Origin: Chrysomallon squamiferum
Taxonomy: Eukaryota > Animalia > Mollusca
Assembly (NCBI GenBank): GCA_012295275.1
Contig: CM022679.1
Location: forward strand, 10,478,001-10,542,000
Reading direction: 5' to 3'
Length of the DNA: 64,000 nucleotides
Shown: positions 52,955 to 64,000 of the stretch, piece after piece
Layout: each line of letters opens with the position of its first letter
Numbering within the stretch: the stretch's first letter is position 1
Translations under genes and position numbers: made by a program
The notes under the pieces: generated by a model
Seen by the model: only the letters and a program-made list of their open reading frames with translations
The model's database searches: none
What the model was told of the DNA's origin: nothing

Positions 52955-55390
52955 ATGAAAGACAGAGATTTGGATAAAGATACAATTGTAGCATACCATG
53001 CCTACATTCAGCATCAAATTAGAAGTGATCTGAATGGAGTAGGTTTAGGACCTGGACGATTTCCGTGTTTCTTGGCGTCCGTTTGTACCGTCATAGGGTT
53101 TTTGTTTGGGATAGTCGGGGTTTTAATAATAACACTGCGATTCAGACATGTTTATCTTGTATCATGGAATGACCAGTTTCTGGGTCCAGCTTTCATCGTC
53201 ATATTTCTTTTCATGCTGTCACTTGCAACGTATCTTGTTGTCATAGCCAAAAGAAGAAGTAACAAATACAGAAGAGAGCTTTACGTAAGTATGCACACCT
53301 GACAAAACTGTAAGACCTTAAAAGGTGCATTAAAAGTAAACAAATAAACAAATTAATAATTGTTTTATTTGCCATAAAATATTCACCCATCTATTTCACA
53401 TTTCCAAATGCAAATATAACATCAGATGATTTAAATATTTGAGGATATTTTCTGTTTAACTTTAAGTAGGTCAAACATTAAAATAGGTCATCTCGAAAAA
53501 GGAGGGATACTTTTTATATTTGGTGTGTGTGTGTGTGTATGTGTCATAAGTTTCAAGGTAATTAATAATCTTTCAAGTTTATTTTATGAAGAAATTATTA
53601 ATAATAACAACAACAACAACAACAACAAATAGTTTATTTTCAACAAATCTTTGCTTCTTCTAAAATTCCAGTTTCGACCTATTGGTGACTATGGTGTTGG
53701 AGTTATTCACAAGAGTGCCCTTGTACATGAACAGCAGCTGAAGTAAGTTGGAACTATAATTATCTATTGTTTCCCTATTAAGAAATAAAGTCTGCTCCCA
53801 TAGTAAAGAAGTAACATAACATTATGGAAAAACAGTTTATAAATAAACATTTAAAAAAAACAAGTAATAAACTTATAAAGATGTTTTAATGGTAATTTAA
53901 ATTTGCCTATTTTTTAATTTTACGTCAGTGTTTATTTATTTATTTTGTTTTTAAAAGACAAAGCCAGGGTCTGCTGCATAATAATATAGAAAGTTTAACG
54001 GGTAATTTTTAATTAATATATATATTTTTTTTATTACAGAATTAACATACATGATAAGTTATCATTCCACTGAAAATCATTCCACATAGTTTTTAAAATT
54101 AATATTGTATTTTCTTAGGTCTGAGCTGAAATCAGGAACAACCCCACACAAAAAGATTCTTCCACGAGCTGAAGCCTATTCAAATGTAAGCTGTTTTCTT
54201 ATCAATTTGATGTTACTAATTTATTTAGAGATTTACAATAAAATACAACATAATTATTCTTTTGAGCCACTAGAGGATGTTATTTATCAATATTTGTTTG
54301 TATTCTGTGATCTTGAATAATTTTAAATTTTAAATTTTTTATCTTGAAGCATAATGTCTTGGCAATATTTTATTGGAGAAATTTTCAAACATTTTTATTT
54401 GTAAAACTGGAGCTGTGTGTTGCTCAGATAGTTGTTTCATGTCTTGTTGTGGATGAAATGAGAAAGTAATGTCATGAATAAATATAACACTGTACACAGT
54501 CTTTATTACTATAACATCTCAATATCTGTTTTTCTTTTTACTGGCAGGTTTCTTTTGATGGTCGATCAAGATCTGGACATGAAAACCGAGCTTATGATCG
54601 AGAAAGAGAAGAACATCACCGAAGGCGACATCCAGATGATTATCGTCATGGTGACGACAGGCGAAGGCATGAAGACGATCGGAGAAGACGACACGAAGAT
54701 GATGACAGGAGAAGACGACACGATGATGATCGAAGGAGACACGAAGGGGAAGACAGAAGGAGACCTGAAGGTGATGACAGAAGACGTGATGAAGAACAGC
54801 GTCGCCGCCACGATGAAAGACGCAGATACGAGGAGGATCGAAGAAGACGAGCAGAAATGAAAAGACGTGAAGCTGAGGGTGAAGGTCAAAGACCGCCTGA
54901 AGACCGGAGGAAAGGAAGGGGTGCTCCGAAGTTAGGACCACCTGGTGCCCAAGAGTATGTACAATTAATTCATCTTTTCATCTTGTCAGGTTGGAGAGAA
55001 AACGTACCATTGATGAATTGTTTTAAATAATTTATATATTTAGGCAGAACACCTGTTAAAACCTTTAGTTTTTATTGCAGTGAGTTTAATATGAATGTTA
55101 ATGTTACTGAGATCTGTATTGTTTACATCCATTATTTGGCTAGTTTCTAAAGATAATAAATTTGGTTCAGGGCATATCAGATGTATTCCTATGGGTAAGC
55201 ATATTTATGAACTTTGTAACAGCAGAAACAATACAATTTTTTATACTGACTTTATCTATTGCCATTATTTTATATTAATAAATTGAATTTAATGGACTGA
55301 AAATACTTATCTTTCAGGCCAAAGATTATTTTGGATCCTGAATTTGGAATGAGAGCAGCTGGAGCCCATGATTCAGAATCAGAGCTGTAG
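52955..55390 (+). CDS. Uncharacterised 315-aa protein with two predicted TM helices and an R/D/E/H-rich repetitive C-terminal tail
   Basis: Exons 52955-53284, 53672-53742, 54119-54185, 54548-54954, 55318-55390, all GT-AG and phase-compatible, 948 nt ending in TAG. Hydrophobic segments FLASVCTVIGFLFGIVGVLIITL and FLGPAFIVIFLFMLSLATYLVVIA. Confidence 0.85.
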
Positions 55391-56985
55391 ATGAATTAAT
55401 TATGTTCAGACGTCAGAACTGATCACATTTAGAATGAATATACTGCACTGATGATCAGTTTTAGGAAATGGCATTTTTAACAGCATGGTGGCAAAAACAG
55501 AACACTGAATATATTTTTAAAGTCCATCTAATGGTGCATATCATTAATTTAGTGATTGATTTTACAGAATTACATAAAATGTACATACAGAATACTACTA
55601 ATGGGTTAAATTCAGATGTATAATTTTCTCTATATGGAAGATATTTAGTATCAAATAGCACACAACATTCATACTTCTTTTTATATATTGTCATGATTGT
55701 GTAATTGTTAGTCTTGTATTTTTGTATATCTAAATTTTTTGTAGTCTAGGCAAATTATATTTTTTAATACTTAATAAAACAATATTAAAAAACATTCCAA
55801 TTTTTAACATCTACAAATCTTTTTTATATGTCAATAAACATTTTACAATTTTTATTTCTGATTTTGTGATTTAAATTTCTTTTCATATGTATACATGTTC
55901 TTATGAATGAAATATTCAGTTAATGTAATGGAAGATAATAAGTCTTAAATCATTGAAAAAAAGACATACAAGATTTTAGTTTTAAGAAACCAAATATATT
56001 TTATTAGAACAATATCTCCTCTTGCACATATAAACATGTTTCAAGTCAAAATGTATTATTTGAATATTTAAAGTTTTATATTCTGTGCTGCAATTAAAAA
56101 AACTGATGAACGTAAATTCCATTAATAATTAAATTTTTTTTTTAAAAAGATAAAATAAATTAAGCACTACTACATACATATGTATTCTGAAAACCTCCCT
56201 CTATTTCTGTTACTGTAGGTTTTGAATTTGCTTCTAGTTACGAAACTGTTACTAAAATTACATATTACAAACCAAAAAAGATGATGTTTTCATTATTGTG
56301 CTAGAGGCATTTCAGTGTTTAAATAGATGATGATTCCATCTAAATTATTTCAGACACATCTTTTTTTACTGAAAGAAAAACTTCCATTTGGGTAATATAA
56401 TTGCTTATTTTCAGTCATTGCATCTTATTGTGAGTTCAACAACAGTTAAACCCAGGAATTTTATTTCCTCAGCCTATATCAGCTAAATAAGGCAACTATT
56501 ACAAATTCACATACTATGACTGTGAAAGCATTACACCAAAGACACAGATCAGATTAAATGAGATGTCACTGCTTATTGGAAACTATTCCAATCTGCAATG
56601 TGATAGAGCCATTTTGTTTCCATATTTAGTAAGAGGCAACATGAAAATTATAAATGAATGTTGAGAAATTATTTTTGTTCAGAGATGAACATTAATAATT
56701 AACCATTATAAAACTATTTCTATAATAAAGTTAATTATGTACAGTTAAAACTGTAATTAGGGCTATAGCAACAAACTCATTGCAAGGAAAGAAAACAGCA
56801 GATTTACACTTTGTGGACTGGAAAAACAAAGGAAATGATGTCATACAGAAACAAGCAGTCAGTGAAGTTGCTGGAAATGCAACACAAACAAGGTGAAATT
56901 ATCTACAAATTGACGTGTTCCTCCTATCTGCTGAGAAATTGTTGCTGGATCAACTGGACAGTGGTCACTAGTTTAATTTCAGAAA

Positions 56986-57706
56986 TTATTTACTTATGAT
57001 CTTCACCATTTCATCCCGTATGTTTTTAGCAGCAGGCTTGAATTCCTGTATTTTTCCTTCAATAATTTTTTGCTAGAAAAAGACGATAATGAAAATTATG
57101 ATTATAACTAAGGAATACACATTTAATGACTCTTCATTAGAAAAAAAAAATTAATAAAATTTTACATCCAAAAAGATGAACTACAAATAATAAAATAAAA
57201 ATTTTTAATTTTAAAGATGAACTATTCCTGTAGAAAAATCTAGATAAAATCAAAATTTAAACCATTTTTTTTTTTATCTTTTTCATTTCAAAACAAACAT
57301 AAAATAACTGAAGAACACAAATTAATATCATATTTTCTTTGACAAACTTGTATACCGTCTTGCCAATGATATCATCAGGAAGAAAAGGTTAAATACTTGA
57401 AATTAAAAAAAAAAACTAAACATAATTTTCATACAAAAAACAAACTTAAAAAGCATTTCTTAACACTGAATGAAATAGACTGTATGAAAATTTGTTTATA
57501 TTCAGATAAAATGAAGATTCTAAAAATACAAATAAAAAATAAATAAATAATACTCTATTAAATAACTGACCACTCGTATCTTTTGTCTTTTGCATTCTAG
57601 TTGGAGATAGCCTTCAACAGTAAGATCTTCAACTTTGCACTCTAACTTCAGCAGAGGACATTGTGGAGAATGTTTCTTATGTTCTTTCCTTCAAATATAG
57701 CAGAAA

Positions 57707-57741
<35 letters not shown>

Positions 57742-58472
57742 CAAAAACAACAACAATAATCATTCTTTTTTCAAATAAATAAAAGAACAAAAAAAGAAGA
57801 AAATCAATTTGATTTTTTTAAAGGTGAAAAAAAACCTGGTAAAATACTGGTTTCTCTTAACACTAGGAGCATATATATAAATATAATTATTTTATGAATT
57901 ACTGATATATAATTAATATAATAAAGTCTTAAAAGTAAATTAGAAAGAGTTTGCAGAACCAGAGATGATTCACAAATAAGAAATAAAATGCTAATTACCT
58001 AAATTCCATAAAATTATATTTTGAGTAAATGCCTTCATTCAGAATTTTATTATTTATGTTTAGAAATGCCAGTATCAAAAGATGACTCATTTCTGGTACA
58101 ACAAACAAATAACTAGCTAAATATGCAAACTTAATGCCACTTTATTATGTTTATATAATAAATAGAAGTTTAATTTTAACATTTTAATATTAACGCCTGA
58201 TACTGTATTAGACGATCTTATAATTATTTTTTATAATGCTACCACTGCAATTTGTTGATTAATATCAACAGTTGTAAGTAATAAATTACTATTATAAATG
58301 TCATTATTTTAGTACTAATTGTCAATGGTGGATTAGGTGTAAAATGTCTATCTGGATCACTCAAAAGACTCATTTATTTTTAGACTTAATCTGAAAACAT
58401 AATCAAACTTTAAAGAAGTCAAATTAAAGGTTTTAAGCCTTGTTTAAATTTCTCAAATCAATATATTATTTT

Positions 58473-58508
<36 letters not shown>

Positions 58509-58796
58509 TTTCTTTTTTGCATTATTTCCAAAGTGATGAACCAACATCAGGAAATTTGATGGTATCCATGTTTGTCGGTCTGCACTTCCTAATAATACAT
58601 GTTTAAACATCAAATTTAATATTATTTTTAATACCAAGGATCATCATTGGGCTCCCAGCCATCCAGTTCTTTAAGACAGACAAAACAACGAACAGCATCC
58701 GGGGACTGACTTGTAGGACAATGATACCAACCAGCTTGAGCAAGCTGAAGGAGAAAAATAAGTAAGAAAATAAACACGTGAAATCTAGTATGTATT

Positions 58797-58834
<38 letters not shown>

Positions 58835-58848
58835 ACTATATATGTATA

Positions 58849-58912
<64 letters not shown>

Positions 58913-59331
58913 AATAATGATAATTTATCATAATAAACATTAATATAATTAACCAAGTGGAAGTATTTTCTCTATTTTAAGTATTTAGTATTTTCACATC
59001 CAAAGTTAGTCATAATTATAATAATGTTTTGTATATTTTAACATACAAATCTTGATGTTAATTGTATTGATAATGTTTCTTGGGACTTAGCAAGTTATTA
59101 CAATTAAGTTAAAGTAAATAGTAAATACTGTTTAACTTTAACTAAAACTAGTGAAAGTACACATTTTAACTCGTACTCGTAGTAGTACTACTATTTCAGT
59201 ATTTACGGTATTATATTGCTAACCTTTTGTGGTGTACAGTTATATTCTTCAGTATATGGCCAATTTTTAAAACTTTTTTCACGACATTCCTCAAGGTGCA
59301 TCATATATTCTTCTATTAAACTATTATCCAT
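56986..59331 (-). CDS. BIRC5: Survivin (single-BIR inhibitor of apoptosis, chromosomal passenger subunit), 140 aa
   Basis: Exons 59331-59224, 58744-58635, 57688-57571, 57072-56986. R..SFKNWP, CTP, LAQAGW, BIR Zn ligands CFVC-x16-H-x6-C, ELDGWEPNDDPW and a C-terminal helix. The 110- and 118-nt internal exons match vertebrate BIRC5 as I recall. Confidence 0.95.
58799..58908. repeat. (GT)n/(AT)n microsatellite in BIRC5 intron 1
   Basis: Directly visible. Confidence 0.95.
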
Positions 59332-59373
59332 TATTTATAATATTTCACATTTATTGAAAATGACATTCAACAT

Positions 59374-59396
59374 TTCAAAACTGGCGCACCGGAAGT
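59374..59396 (-). promoter_or_regulatory. CDE/CHR-like cell-cycle element plus ETS site upstream of survivin
   Basis: Minus strand reads ACTTCCG-GTGCGC-CAGT-TTTGAA: CHR TTTGAA at 59379-59374, a 4-nt spacer and a GC-rich CDE-like hexamer. CCGGAAGT on the plus strand. Confidence 0.6.
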
Positions 59397-59862
59397 TGAA
59401 AGTACTCTCTTTCATAGGTGTTTTGTAATAACCCCATTTCTATTGAGCACCTCAGTTAAATTGTTCACACTGTAGTCATGAACATAAAATTAAGTGCGTA
59501 TATTTTATTATCATTAGTGAAAACTGGTCATCATTAGCAAATTAGCAAATAGTTGGAGAAGCGAAATGAATATCTGGTTAAAAGTTCGCAAGTTTTGATA
59601 ATTTGTTTTTTGCCCATTTAAAGGATTTTCAGTGAAGCAGCTCATTCGTATATTATATTACTAACTGAAGCTGAAATGGCAACCAGATCCAACAAAAAGA
59701 TATCTTATATTTCAGAAAATATATATTATAAATTTTGTAATTTGTCTATATAATCCACATGAAAAAAGTTAACGTGGAAAGTACTAAGTAGATTTAATCA
59801 TTATTACGATTACATTAATACCAGTGTAATCATGTACGTTTACTCATTCTTTTGTATTCAGC

Positions 59863-59904
<42 letters not shown>

Positions 59905-61186
59905 TATTTTATTATTTTGTTAGATCATGTTTACTTGTTCATGTGTATAAAACAAACGCCAGCCATCTGCTATTATTTTTCCGGCCATAGATATTACGTA
60001 GCAAACTTTAATATAATGTGGAAAACAAAAACAAACAAACAAAAAAAGATGTTCACACTTTTATGTGATTTTTTTTTTTTTTAAATTTTTTTTTTTTTTT
60101 TTTTTATTATATATGTCAATGGCGGAACGTTTCACCAGTGTTACGGAAACAGAAAAACATCTCCTGTTATGAATAGTTTTGCACACGACACATTTCGCAA
60201 TAATTGACTGGTAACTGAGTTTATTTTATTACCAATATTTCTGTATCAGAATTTTAAAGCGTAATATGTGAAAAATACCAGATATTAAGTAAACCTGAAA
60301 CTATTGAAATCCAAACAAACAGAATTAGATTGACATTTATATTTCGAGAAGGTTTGTTTCAGGTTTGTATTCTTATTCATTGTCGCATAATAAACCGAAG
60401 TTTATTGAAGGATATTTCTTTAAATCTCGAAACGTTAACAACTTTGATAAAATTGAAGACTGTCAGATCGAAAATTACGTATTTATACGTCAAAGGCAGA
60501 TTGAGATTGAGATCTTGTTATATATCTACATCCTTGTTCCGAGTCGCGACCTAGTTATTGAGTCAGTGTCTCAATTCGCCTTTCAGTTAACAGTAAAGAG
60601 TAATATTAATATCCTTTTTATAATAATAATAACAATAATAAAAATAATAATAATAAAAATAAGTATTATCTATTATATTTATACTTATAGTATTAGTCTG
60701 AGGTCTTTTTTTCTGTGGAAATACTCATTTGAACTTAGTATTTAAGATTTTATTGCGAAATATCAATTTACATATTTACTAAACTTATATACAACTTGTG
60801 ATATATTAATATTATTATATTCCAAAACTATCAGTTACAAACCACAGACATCACAAGTGACTCAGCAATGATACATTTTAAATACAGACAAAACATAAAT
60901 ATCCTCTTAATGATAAAAATTCAATGTTTACTAAGTATTTTATTATTATTATTTTTTTATAAATCAAGTTTTTGGATTTTGAAAATGGTCTGACTATAGC
61001 AGCTTTCCTGTATTTTCATCATTAACAGACTATAATCATTATTATTATTATTTTTTTTTTTTTAAATCACCAGTATTTTTTCCTCCTGTTTATTTTTTAA
61101 TTAATAATTTTTTGTTAGTTTATTTTAAATGTTGATAACAGATTAAACAGTGTTTTGATCCACTATTTAAAATAACAATAAATTAG

Positions 61187-61190
<4 letters not shown>

Positions 61191-61277
<87 letters not shown>
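61191..61277. repeat. (TC)n microsatellite
   Basis: Directly visible. Confidence 0.95.
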
Positions 61278-61280
<3 letters not shown>

Positions 61281-61678
61281 AATGTATCTTTTGCAAAATT
61301 AATTTACCACTATTAAAACTGCAAAGCAGGTTACTCTTATTTTTACAACAGAACACGACAATTAATAATATATATTAAAAATTTATGCTATTTTCGAAAT
61401 CCCCACAGAAATAAATGTATGCACTATAACAAATAAATCAGTAAAAAAATAAAATAAAATAAACTATTGAAATGTCAGGGACTGACTCACATTGTTAACA
61501 AAAATAAAGAAAAAAAAAAAGTAAAAAGAAAAGTAAAATGGCAAAGTTTCAGATTATAGGAGATCAAATTAGCAAAGTGCAGAGACTGCAGTGTTTGTTG
61601 TAAAAGGTTCGACATAATCTCTCTCTCTCTCTCTCTATATGAAAATAGTTTTTGTCCTTTTTCAGAAACTGAATAAAC

Positions 61679-62979
61679 ATGTCACAGGCACCTCCCCCAT
61701 ATCCAGGTGAACAGAAAGGTGGTGTACCTCCACCCCCACAAGGTAAATCTAATAATGGAGCATTTTAACAAAATAAATATGAAATTTGTTCAAATTGTTC
61801 CAGTAAATACATTTTTATATTTATGATGACCTATAACATAGTATAAATATAATTTTAAAGTTAAATCTAGCAAGCTTGTTCATTTAATATTTTATATTAC
61901 AGTGTTGTTATTGTTAAACATTGATTAACAATTTTACTGAAATTAGTATCTAAATGTAACTTTCATTTAATATTGAGAAGTTAACATATCATATTTGTTA
62001 AGAAAAAAACAACAAAAAAAACAGCTTTTTAATTCTGAGTATAAACATGTAAGTTATTATTGATTTTTTAAGAAAATGTTTAATATAAAACATTATCTAT
62101 GTTTAAATTACAGGTTATGGACCACCACCACCTGGTAATACTTCACATTATTATCTATACAGTATATTAACTCACTTAATAGCTGTTTTCATTCCTTGGC
62201 CTTAGCCACACATTTGATAATAATTTCATGAGTTTGTGGTTAACTGCAATGTGTGTGTGTGTGTGTGTGTGTGTGTGTCTGTGTGTGTTTATATTTTCAA
62301 ATCTTTCTTCTTTTTTTAAAGAAATAAATGTTTTATATTCTTTGTAAATGTCTTTTTATCATCATCATCATTTAAATTATAAAAATAATTAAACTAATGA
62401 TTTATCACATATTGCATGTTACTTGTAGATTTCTTCATTTGTAATAGCTTTTTATAAAATTATAAATTGTGTCTTTCTGGTCTGTATGTCTTTGTTACAT
62501 TTTATCTCTGCCAGTAAAATACTTTTAGTATTACATTAATAAATGTTGAACATAATGTTTTACATATAATTAATCTGGAATGAAGAGAGATGTTTTATTA
62601 AATAATGTTAACATAACTAAATGTAATAGAAAAAAAAATAATAAAAAAAAAAAAAATATATATATATATATATGAATCCATGTACAGTTACACTAATGAG
62701 TTAATAATAATTCTTTGTCTTCTCTTTTAAAGTTTAATTTTTAAAATTGAATACTTGTTCAATTTAAAAAAAAATTTTTTATATAAATGTACAAATAAAT
62801 TAAAAAAATTATGTTTTACTTTTTTGTTTGAAAAAATGGATAATTTCAATAAAACTCGTACTGTTTTTTTTAAATTAGACTCGGAAAATAATTCAAAAAC
62901 GTAAAGTAAAATTGTCAAAAACGTAAAATATAATTTACATGATTTTTACTCTTTTAAGGTTATGCACCACCACCAGCTG
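61679..62979 (+). CDS. N-terminus of a proline-rich PPPY protein (LITAF/CDIP1-, CYSTM1- or scramblase-type N-terminus); continues beyond window
   Basis: Acceptor at 61665. Coding exons 61679-61742 (MSQAPPPYPGEQKGGVPPPPQ), 62114-62134 (GYGPPPP) and 62959-62979 (GYAPPPA), all with phase-1 junctions. Probable non-coding first exon ending at donor CTG|GTAACT at 60210. Family cannot be fixed without the C-terminus. Confidence 0.75.
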
Positions 62980-63877
62980 GTAAGTTTACATTCCCACAAA
63001 CCCACTTGTACAGAAATTAGTTTTTTTTTTATCTTACAATATCACGTTTTCCTTTACGAAATTAGCACCAGTTGTTTCCATCTTATTTCTGTAATTTCTG
63101 TACTTCTTATTCATTGTGCTGCTGTTTAACCCTTCAAATATCTGACTTATCACGTTTATGTGCTTTTCTGTCTGTGGCAACAGCAGGTTTTCTCTTCTTG
63201 TCCATACAGTCCATATTTGTGTGTTCAATATGATTATAAATATTAAGCCATATTGTTGTAGATTAAAACTATTGTTAAACAGAACATCTGAAATTTATTT
63301 GTTAACACCCAGGCATGTCATTTTCCTTGACAAATAATCTTTTTTGTTTCTTTCTGTTATGGTAAAAATTACTGATATTTAACAATAATGGCCAAATTAA
63401 AAATGTCTGAATCTTTAATCTGGTGCACAAATTACTATCAAGGCATGCCTATTAATTGGTGGGGAAAAGGTTAATTAGACTGTTAGTTTCTAAAATGATT
63501 ATTTTTATTGATCCAAACAACGTCTGGCCATGGAAGGCTTCATATTTGATGTTTAAATAAAAGGCCAAATGATTAGTGCCTGTTCAAAAGAATTCAGTTT
63601 CTGTAGACTGGTGACAAAAGTAAACTTCTTCTAGTTTCAAAACTTTGAGTGGTATTCCCTTGACTTTGGCTTCATCAGTTTATATATATGTATATATGTT
63701 GACATTAGATAGTTGTTTGCTGTGTTTAAATTGTATTTCAGCTTGTATTTACATTCTATTTTAGTTTGTGATGTAAAGACTAATATCGTTTTCATAATTT
63801 GTTTTAAAATTTTGTTTATAACTAAATTATTAAAATGTCATCTTTTTTCTAGCATTATAATAAAGTATTTTGTATCT

Positions 63878-63978
63878 AATTGCAAAAATTTTAGGAAGTA
63901 GCTTTCCAGTAAAATTATTTTACATTTAATTGCAAGCATTTTATGAAGTATCTTTCCAGTAAAATTATTTTACATTTT
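63878..63978. repeat. Two-copy ~50-bp tandem repeat
   Basis: GAAGTA(G/T)CTTTCCAGTAAAATTATTTTACATTT occurs twice. Confidence 0.8.
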
Positions 63979-64000
63979 ATAAATAATTTTGTTAAAATAT

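Noticed and set aside
54474-54941. Three overlapping long ORFs around the charged repeat
   Set aside because: They are off-frame or antisense shadows of the low-complexity exon 54548-54954.

Overview
Eukaryotic, AT-rich and microsatellite-rich animal DNA. A mollusc/cephalopod-like source is inferred from composition only. Almost all ORFs in the supplied track are microsatellite or off-frame artefacts, and the real genes are multi-exon. Hand-spliced genes: (1) 5' part of a long-chain acyl-CoA synthetase (ACSL1/5/6 family, minus, 12727 to <151) with two candidate TATA promoters and non-coding first exons; (2) AP1AR/gadkin (minus, 51717-44942); (3) an uncharacterised 315-aa two-TM protein with an R/D/E/H repeat tail (plus, 52955-55390); (4) survivin/BIRC5 (minus, 59331-56986); (5) start of a PPPY proline-rich protein built from 21-nt microexons (plus, 61679 onward). 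The most unusual feature lies between ACSL and AP1AR (about 20.1-37.7 kb): five tandem 2.9-3.6-kb units plus one inverted copy. Each carries an indel-free core with a TATA box and Inr followed by a 290-nt segment that has no conserved ATG-initiated ORF. By eye it folds into a miR-1-seed hairpin and a 13-bp-closed domain containing a hammerhead-like junction. Upstream of each core is a palindromic array of ~210-bp TGACGT/GTTACGCT cassettes. This looks like an amplified, gene-converted Pol II ncRNA gene family that I cannot assign to a known family. A MITE closely resembling mammalian Tigger4/MER46 sits in the last AP1AR intron.
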